Assembly (NCBI RefSeq): GCF_036321535.1
Contig: NC_087447.1
Span: forward strand, 47,866,001 to 47,930,000
Direction of reading: 5' to 3'
DNA: 64,000 nt
From: Camelus dromedarius
Lineage: Eukaryota
Part shown: positions 55,701 to 64,000 of the stretch, one piece after another
Layout of the letters: every line of letters begins with the position of its first letter
Numbering within the stretch: position 1 is the first letter of the stretch
Made by a program: the position numbers and the translations under genes
Notes under the pieces: model-generated
The model's input: only the letters and a program-made list of their open reading frames with translations
Database searches by the model: none
What the model was told of the DNA's origin: nothing

Positions 55701-58699
55701 GATCAGCCTAAAGCAGAGACCACTTCTGCCAGCATGGCCCCAGCCCAGTGACAGCACCCTGCAGGCTGGGATGAAGGGATCATTGAACAGGGCATGGTCA
55801 CTGCCCCTGGGCACCACCCTAGGCTTGTCTGGTGTGATGGAAGGGGCTTCCCTGGGCTCTGGGTTGGGCCAGGGTTACCAGGGCTCATTCCAGGGCCAGA
55901 GTGACTGATGGATGGAACTTGTCCCCTGGATCCTGGAATAGGGTAGGGTAGGGGCAAGGGAGGTGGGGGCCCTTTTGAACAAGCTGTAGTAGAAAAGCCC
56001 CAAGGGCCTGGTTCCAGCCTCAGCTGACTACCTGCTACCCTGGGGGTCATGAGACACTTTCCTTTCTGAGCCTCAGTGCCCATATATAAAATGGGAAGGA
56101 ACAGTCCTCTGGCCCCCTCCTTCATTGGAGGATCAAACATGGACATTCTGAACTTGCTGTTGCATACTCATTACACTGACACTTGCTTTCATTCATACAC
56201 TAATTCACAAATATGTACGTCACTTACTAAAGCCTGGGCTCTGTTCTAGGCACGGATAGTGAAGCCTGTAAACGCCAAAGGGGAGGGGGCATCTCTGCCT
56301 TGTTCCAGCAGCATCCATGCCTAGAACAGAGGTCAGGTTAGTAGGTTGGTAGGAGCTAGTAACACTCCAAGCTTCCCTGGGCCTTTGTTGGTCTGAGTAG
56401 AATTTCTGGCAGCTTCTGGGGAAGATGGCCTCTTTTGGCTGCAGAGCTTCGAGAACCCCCAGGATTATATCTACAGCTCAGGCATGCCCTGCCCCCTTCT
56501 CCCTATCTCCTAGCTCCCTGGGGCCCTGGCCTGAGGCTGGCCTGGCCTTTCCCAGGGTGCCTGGTCCACAGCCCAGTGAGTCATCTTCCGCTCTAGAGGC
56601 AGGATACCCCATCCAACCCCAACAACACACACAAATGGAGCCCCCCCCTCCAAGAAAAACTGTGTCTGGGTCTGAGGGAGGGAGTGAGGGAGAAAGGGAG
56701 AGAACAGGAGGGGCTAGAAACAGGCACTGGATAACTTCCGTTCCCACGATCCCTCACCCCAGCCTCCCTGCATGCTGGAGAACTGGGTGGAGGTGACGGA
56801 ATGGAGCGCTTCTTCGTAGAGCACCTACTGTGCCCTAGATCTTCACCCTCATTTTTGAAGTGAGAAAACTGAAGACGAGAAAGAAGGTGGTGGTGCTGGG
56901 CCCCAACCATATGGGCCTGATTCCCCGTGCAGTGTTCTATGCTGAGCAAGGTTTAGACATTGTGAATGAAATAATTTTTAGAACTGGGAGGGTTGGGCTC
57001 TGGAAGCAGATGTCATCCACAGGTTCTAAGCCAGGGCTGGGGCCACAGGCCAGATCACCATTGTGAACAGAAATGCACACAGGGGTGGGTCAGTGCAAGT
57101 CCTGCTTTAAGGCTTTGTCAGATTCCCAGTGGTATCCCCATCCACCCCTACCCCCACCCCCACTCAGATGTGGGACCCAGAAGATCTGGGTTTCAGTTTC
57201 TCTGCCTGTAAAATGGGGATGACAATCCCAGCCTTTTAGGCCATGGAGATGAGTAAATTCAGAGCTGACTAGCGCATCAGGAGATGATTTTCACATCTGC
57301 TGGGGTCTGACTATCCACTAAACCCCTACTGCTTCCGGCTATTATCCATGATATTAAGAAACTCTTCCTTCCCAGGCTGGAAGATCCAGCTGTATCTCCT
57401 TGAAATTAAGGAGGCCGGGGCGGGGGTTGGCGGGGTGGAGCTGTGGTTGTGGGAGGGCAGAGAAGAAGGGAAAAATCCACATGAAAAAAGACAGGAGTTA
57501 AATTCAAACCACATGCACAACAGCCCCTGCCATGCAGGCCTCTGCTGCCACCTTTGGGTGTCTGGAGGAAGTGCAGTTCCTGGAGCTCCAACTTCCTCAC
57601 TCAAGCCAGAAGGCTGGGTCCTGGCACCTGAAATCAGAGAGGAAGATCAATTTAGCCACCCTCCATTTCTGGGCATGACCTCACTTACCTGTCTCCCTTG
57701 AGGAGCCTGGTGGGGAGTTTAGAGTCCACCTGTGCCTTCTCTCCTTCCCCACTGTTTACAGAAGAGGAGCTGAATCCCAGAGTGGGGAGCAACTTGGCTG
57801 AAGTCACAGTGTCAGTCAATCAACAGATAGGTATGGTGCACCTACTGTATGTCAAAGACACAGCTGTAAACATGGACAGATCTGGTCTCTGCTTTTATGG
57901 ACATTACAGTGGGGGAGGCACAGACACAGAGACCTTCTTACTTTCCTATTTTTATCTATTTCCAGTCATCCAGGGAAGAAAATACAGCCCACCACCATCT
58001 AATTCAAAGCGCCCTAGGCTTGACTTGAATCCTTATTTATGTGCTCTCTGACCCTGGTGAAGTCACTCACCTTCTCTGATATGCTGATTACTTGTGATCA
58101 GATTCCAACTTCAGCAAATCCCAGTTTTGCCACATCTGACTTCATAACCCCAGGCAAGTTGCTTCACTTCTTGGAGCCTTTGTTTCTTCATCTGTAGAGT
58201 GGCAATAATAGTGATATATAACTCAGACGATTGGTGTGAGAATTAAATGAGATAGTACATGAGAAACAGCATCTCACTAATAAACATGAGCTGGCAGTAA
58301 AAGTAAGTCCCCACCAAGTGTATAGGGAAGGCATGTCATTCCCTGAGGTGAAGGGTCAGGAGTACAGTGAGTGGGGTGTCTCTTCTGGGCTGAAAGGTGG
58401 CCGTCATGGTTGAGCCTGAAGCCCCAGCATAGGGAGTGAGAGCTGCCCCTTCGGTCCTCCTTTCAACCATCAGAGACAGTTTCTGGAAGGGTGGTGATAT
58501 TTTCTAGTGCTGCTGATGTTAGGGTCCCAGAGGGATTCCTCTGGGTGAACAGAGGAAATCTGAGTCTGGGCAGAAATCATCCTCTTGCCCTGTTCCTCCC
58601 ATCAGGACATTAAGGACCCTTAATGGGTTCTTATCCCAGCTCTCCCATTTACTGGCTACATAACTGTGGCTTCTTCACTTCTCTGAGCCTGTTTCCTCA

Positions 58700-59156
58700 G
58701 AGAGGTGGTTGTCACTGGAGGTGGGGGATCTTTCATGCAATTGCAGGCAGGTAGTAGCTGGGCTGGAATCACCTTGAAGGCATCCTCACTCACAAATCTG
58801 GTAATTCATGCTGGCATTTGAGTAGGAGCTCATCTGGGCTGTGGGCTGGAATACCCTACACATGTCCTCTGCATGTGGCCTGGGCTTCCTTACAACATGC
58901 CGCTGGGCTTTAAGAACAAGTGACCCAAGAGAGCAAAGTAGAAGTACGTGGCATGATTATGGCCTAGCTTTGGGTGTCATGTAATATCCCTTCTGTTGTG
59001 CTCTGTTGGTCGAGGCAGTCACAAAGGTCCACCCAGTTTGAAGGGGAGGGAACATAAACCTCATCACTATAGGAAGAGTGTCAGCACCACATTGTAAGAA
59101 GAGCGTGTAAAATGGAAAATATTGTGGTAGCTATCTGGAAAATACAGTCTGCCACA
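58700..59156 (-). mobile_element. MaLR LTR (older MLT1 family) inserted in a MIR
   Basis: MLT1-type motifs (catgtggcctgggcttccttacaacatg, ggaaaatacagtctgccaca). MIR sequence lies on both sides (ctctgagcctgtttcctca upstream; aaatgagatagtgatgtgaag downstream). Confidence 0.7.
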
Positions 59157-60244
59157 CCTACCTGGGGTGCTTCAAAATGAGATAGTGATGTGAAGTACTC
59201 AGCCCATGGCTGGCATGTGGTGAATGCTCAGCTATAGCTATTTCTGGTTATTATTGAAGTGGCCTCTTCACTTCCCACCTGTGCCACAGAACCACATGGA
59301 TGAGCACCCACAGAGGGGCTGTGCAGTCACATGGCCACAGAAGACCACTGACAGGGGCATACACAGACATGTGGATGAGCCACACCATTGGGACATGTGT
59401 CGTGTCTCTCATAGTCCCATCTCCAGGTGCACACAATGCAGTCTGACCTAAGCAGGGCAGTGACCCTGTGGCAGGAAGGACCTGAGGCTCCTTTGGCCCT
59501 TGATCTCCCCTTCCCATTCTCAAATCACATTCCCGAGAATCCTGGGGCCCACCCAGAGCAGCCAGTCCCAAGGGAGTCCTGTGGCTTAGACAATGCCTTT
59601 GCAGCTGCCTAAGGCCTGGGAACTCTGTGGAGCCTTGAGAGTTCCCCCACTCCCAGAAGGGAGGGTCTGTAAGGGACAGATCATGACCTGGGAAGTCAGG
59701 GGGAAAGGATGGATGATGGGAAGAAGTGGGAAGGGGTCTGAGACAGGAACTGATGGAGAGACTGAGGCCTCAAGAGGGGAAGTGTCTTGTTCAAGGTCAC
59801 ATCACCAGTAAGTAGGAGAGCCAGGATTTGAGTCCAGGCTGTCTGGCTCCAGAGTCTGCCCTCTTAATTTCTATACCTACAAGTCCCTCTTTTGGAACTT
59901 CCATTAGACCTGAGGACTTGAGGAGGGCAGCAGCCATCAGCAAAATGGATAGCCCATGAGGTTGGGAACATCCAGTACTAACTCCATGCCCGTGGACATC
60001 AGTGGAGTCATGAACACAGACAGTCCATCTGGGCCATTAGCCAGGGCTCAGTTCCCGGGGAAGAGGATCCTCCTCGATCCCAGCATTGCCTGTGGACAGC
60101 ATTTGTTTTTCACCAAATCCATCCTGGGTCAGGAGAATCTGTTATGTCACTGTCTTGGTACAGATAAAGCTGGAGAAAGGCCATTCAGGGTACCAAAGAG
60201 GCAGGTGAGGCCGAGAGGAGGTGGAGAGGGGCTCTCCCTCAGTG

Positions 60245-60470
60245 GAGGTGGTGGTTTAAGATCATGGGCCCTGGAGGCAGCCACCTGGGCTCCACCCCTT
60301 ACCAATTAGATGACTTCCCTGAGCCTCAGTTTCCTTGTTTGTAAAATGAGGGAGTAACGGGAACAGAACCCTTGATGTAGGGCTGCTGTAGAGATTAACC
60401 GAGCCAGGGCTTGGAAAGCAATGGTGGGGTGTCTGGCCCCTGAAAAGTGTTCAAATAACATTAGTGATGG
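60245..60470 (+). mobile_element. MIR SINE (many further MIR remnants across the window are not listed individually)
   Basis: ggtttaagatcatgggccctggaggcag...ctgagcctcagtttccttgtttgtaaaatgagg. Confidence 0.8.
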
Positions 60471-60804
60471 TGAGGATTCTAAGATTATGAAGTTGCCAGT
60501 GTTCTGGCTTGGGCAGCTCTGGGGCCCAGACACTGTTCTGGCAAATATCTATGTAGAGCAGTACACATATGAATGGCTGGAGCCCCCTCCTGACCCTGCA
60601 GGAGCCTAAGACCTGCTGCCCCCAGACGTGCATTGTACTTGTCCTTTCATCTTCAATTCCTATCTCCCACACAGCCTGTGGTGCCCAGAAGAGCACAGGC
60701 CTCTTTTCTTACCATTAAGTCTCCAGCTTCATACTTGGTAGGCACTCAATAAATATTTGTTAAACTAATCAACAAATGAATAAAATAAAAACTCAATTAA
60801 CTTT

Positions 60805-60970
60805 GCATCCATTGGACCATGTGTCTTTGTATCCATTCATGTTTTCATTTATCATTGATTCATTGTTCTGTTCATCCATTTTATTCATCCATCACCAGTC
60901 CATCCTTTCATTTATTCATCTATCACTTATTATCCATCCATTTATTCATCCATATGTCTTCTTATCATTC
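60805..60970. repeat. (TCCA/TTCA)n-like low-complexity tract next to an L2 3' end
   Basis: Repeated catcc/cattc/ttcat units; L2 tail (ggcactcaataaatatttgt) at 60741-60760. Confidence 0.7.
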
Positions 60971-62424
60971 GTCCCCCAACTGGTCCAGCACTAGTTGCCC
61001 CAAGTCAGTAAGAGGCCTTGCATGAGGTCTTGGTGGGGCTCATAGTAGTCGTGTGTCCAGAGGCAGGCAGGCAAGTTGTTAGGCTTCCCTCAGAGATGTG
61101 GAAGTTGTCAGCAGATTGGGGGGGGGGGGGTCAGGAGGGTTGGGTGTTCCCTAGGGCTGGCAGGGGGTACCCAGCCAGCCTCCTGGAGTGAGATGGTAGC
61201 CTTGTAGAGCAGAGCCCTTTCCCCTCCCTGCCTCTCGCCTTTCTTTGACTGAGGAGGGGTGGGGAGCTGTTTGGGCCTTTATCAACTACCTTATACACTT
61301 TCAAAACCTATTCTGAGCCAGACCCACTCCAAACAACTGCAGATACCCAAAAGGAAACTAATGGCTGAAATAAGAGCTCAGGGGAACAACAGTAGAACCA
61401 GACCTGCCCAGGGGCATCCCCATCTCCCACCCCAGCTGACCTTAACTTGAGGGGCTCTGATGCTTGTGCTACTGTGGGGATGGTCCCTGGACACCCTAGT
61501 TCAGCAGCCATTCCTGTTCCTTCTCTCACCTTTTCATTTCTCCACCCCCACCAGTCCTTGTGTTGCCACGGCAATGGGCTCCGATCTAATTAGCTGTCCT
61601 TAATGAAGCAGCAGCAGCCTGCAGTGCCTTCAGCACCAAGCCCTGCCCCCTTCTCCAGGGTAGGGGCCTCTGGTGAACTTCTGAGCACCCGCATGCCTCT
61701 GGATCTCTTGACCTCTGGAACTTGTTCAAACCCTGCCTCCTCCAGGAAATCTCCCACAACCCCCCACTGTTCACACCCCTCCTCCCCAGGTGACTCCTGC
61801 TGAGCCTTATGTGTTGTCTGGGAGCTCCTGGGTACCAGCCAGAATGGATTCATCTCTGCAGGGCCTGGTCCTGCTGGAGGGAGTGAGGGGATGGGTGCAT
61901 CTCACTAACATGCCCTAGCAATGAACTGCCTCCCAATCCTAACCACTTAGACAAAATGAGGCCCAGGTCATATAGTTGGAGGGAGGGTCCAATGGGGGAG
62001 AAGATATTCTGAATGAAAATCAAATGTAGGTTAAGTAGCTACAGTGATTGAGACCACCAGCCCTCGTGCTAGTGTGGGATTATCTCTGGGACTTGTCTAT
62101 TTGGACTGGACGACGGGGTGTATCCATTCTCCTTGTTTAAATCATCATTCAGTCAACTGGTCTGGCTGTTCCAAACCCTCCTCCAATATGATGGAGAGGA
62201 GGAGGAACAGGCTCCACCCCCAGAGGAGCACACAATCCATCCCACTGGAAGGGTAAGAGGTGGAGGGACTCCCTGGATTCCTTGGTCCAACCTGGAGGCA
62301 GAAGAGGGTTTGAGACCCTCCTAGAGGACCTTCATTTCTGCCTATTTGGGGTGGAGCAGGGGGGGCAAGGACCTGCTCTCTGGTTGTGGTGGTCAGATAG
62401 TTTCTAGGCCTTGAGGGCTCTGTG

Positions 62425-62556
62425 CTGCCAGTGTACAAATTGCTGGTCTCCATTCCAGAGTTTCAGGTTAGTAGGGTAGTGTCAGGGAAGCTGATAATGC
62501 ACATTTCTAACACACTCTCAGGAGGTGCGCAGGGACTGCACTTTGAGAACCATTGC
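62425..62556. mobile_element. MER5-like DNA transposon remnant
   Basis: caaattgctgg...ccagagtttc...catttctaac...cactttgagaaccattg. Confidence 0.6.
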
Positions 62557-62589
62557 CGTAGAGGGACCAGGAAGGGAGTTAGTGCAGAG

Positions 62590-63620
62590 CACTATGTTAT
62601 GCCTTCATTCATTCTTTCATTCAACAAACTGGCCTAAGAGTTGCTCTGAGTCAGGCCCTCTAGAGACCTAGGGGAGACAAAAGGGCTCACCAGTTGTTCT
62701 TTGTGAACTTTGCAATGCCTGTCAGGTATCAGGCCCCACCCCCTAAGGCAGACTCTGGGAGCATCCCTACCTCCTGCCTGTGTAGTGCTCACTGCTCTGG
62801 GAGCTCCTGCCAGGTGTGGGTCATACCGGTATCCTCTTGCTAGTTTCTTGGAATTCTCTGTGCCTGTTTTCATTGTTGGCTGCTTGGAAGTTGTCTGTTG
62901 GTGAGTTAACATTTTGGCAATGGATATTTTGGACTCTCTGAAGATGCCACTGCTGGACTGGGGTGTGGGGTATGGACTCATCTTGGTTGAGGGCTAAACA
63001 GGGGGTTGGGTGGGCGGGGGGGCAGGACAGGATAGGAGGCTGCAAGGGCCAGCAGGAAAGGCTGTTCCTGTGCCATGGGGAGGACAGGGAATGTTGATGA
63101 GCAGGAACCTGCATGGGCTGGTTTACCTCTCAGTGGTGACTGCTTGGTTTATGGGGAAAAGGGAAGAAAAGAGTTATTGTTCATTAGCCAGAATCTATGT
63201 GCAAAGTGCTGTGGCTTACACAAGGGACATAGACCCTGCCCTCTGGGAACCTAACGGTCTCCTGGGAGGAGATGGTCATCAATCTAGCAATTGCTCAAAT
63301 GTATAATTACAAACTATGATAACCTGCTTAAGAAAAACTGAGACTTTCTGAAAGCAAAGAGCAGGTGCACCTGACCTAATCTGAGGATCAGGGAGGGCTT
63401 CCCTGAGGTGACATTTTTCACTAAGACTAGACTTAAAGGAAAAGAAAAAAGCATGTGTAGGGGAGGAAAGAGACAAAGGCCAAGACCCTGGGGCAAGAGA
63501 GAGCCTGGTCTATTTCTAGGAGTTAGAACAGAAGTGGTAGGGAGGGGAGAGCATATCAAGCAAGGGGGAGAAAGGAGGATGGGACTGGCTTGGGTGATGG
63601 GGTCAGGAAGTCTCCACTGT
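62590..63620 (-). mobile_element. L2 fragments
   Basis: ttcattcattctttcattcaacaaa at the start; atcagggagggcttccctgaggtgacattt...gcatgtgt near 63390-63500. Confidence 0.55.
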
Positions 63621-64000
63621 TCAGGAAACCTAGAGGAAAGCAGGTTTGGGAGAGGGAGTCAGTTGGGGGGCACTGGTGAGTGAGAGAGCCCTCAGTACAG
63701 AGTAGAAGAGTCGGAGGGGCCCCCAGCCAGCTGCAGGGTGCATCAGAGCCTCCTGGTAGGCGGAGGTGCTGTTGCAAAACAAAGCTCACCCCACCCGTTC
63801 CTGACTGAGTCTGGAATAGGTTTGGGAATCCCTGGGATTTGAGGGACAGGTCCTGAGGTTCCTGCTTGGAGACATCCCGGAACACCTTGTGTTGGTGGTG
63901 TTGGGGATAGGGTGAAAATGTCTGAGCACCTTCCTGTGGTGGGTCATGGGGTTGGGTGGAGAAGGATAGTCCTGGAACTCTCTAGGACTGTCTCAAGCAC

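Larger units (their letters stand above)
35855..64000 (+). other. ARHGEF17: ARHGEF17 intron 1 (more than 28 kb, extends past the window end)
   Basis: Follows the exon 1 donor. Repeat-rich; no ORF-track entry resembles the expected next exon (DMRKHV... start of the DH domain). Confidence 0.8.

Noticed and set aside
1..64000. A previously undescribed multi-gene system or foreign insertion
   Set aside because: Gene order, composition and repeat content all fit the ordinary mammalian P2RY6-ARHGEF17 locus. I found no unexplained long ORF, array or compositional island by eye, though short ncRNAs could be missed without a covariance-model search.

Overview
Mammalian genomic DNA, probably from a camelid: it has a tRNA-Ala-derived Vic-1-like SINE and cetartiodactyl-type L1 3' ends, and I recognised no Alu, Bov-A/BovB, PRE-1, SINEC or ERE elements. 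The window covers the P2RY6-ARHGEF17 locus, both genes on the + strand. P2RY6 (UDP receptor GPCR) has an intact, intronless 328-codon CDS at 24818-25804 and three probable non-coding 5' exons (~1274-1563, ~3117-3263, 24063-24118). ARHGEF17 (TEM4/p164-RhoGEF) starts in a CpG island with a very large first coding exon (32666-35854, 1063 codons); intron 1 then appears to run past the end of the window. The rest is intronic or intergenic DNA rich in old repeats (MIR, L2, L1, MLT1, MER21-, MER77- and MER5-like). I found no evidence of a new protein-coding system, CRISPR array or foreign insertion. The most interesting signals are regulatory: MIR-derived splice sites in the P2RY6 5' UTR; a splice form that would give P2Y6 an 18-aa in-frame N-terminal extension; an ARHGEF17 uORF separated from the main frame by one TGA; convergent CTCF motifs around the P2RY6 coding exon; and SRF/AP-1, MEF2, TEAD, RFX and homeodomain motif clusters in ARHGEF17 intron 1. 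Comparisons with human sequences and repeat consensuses are from memory and need confirming by alignment.
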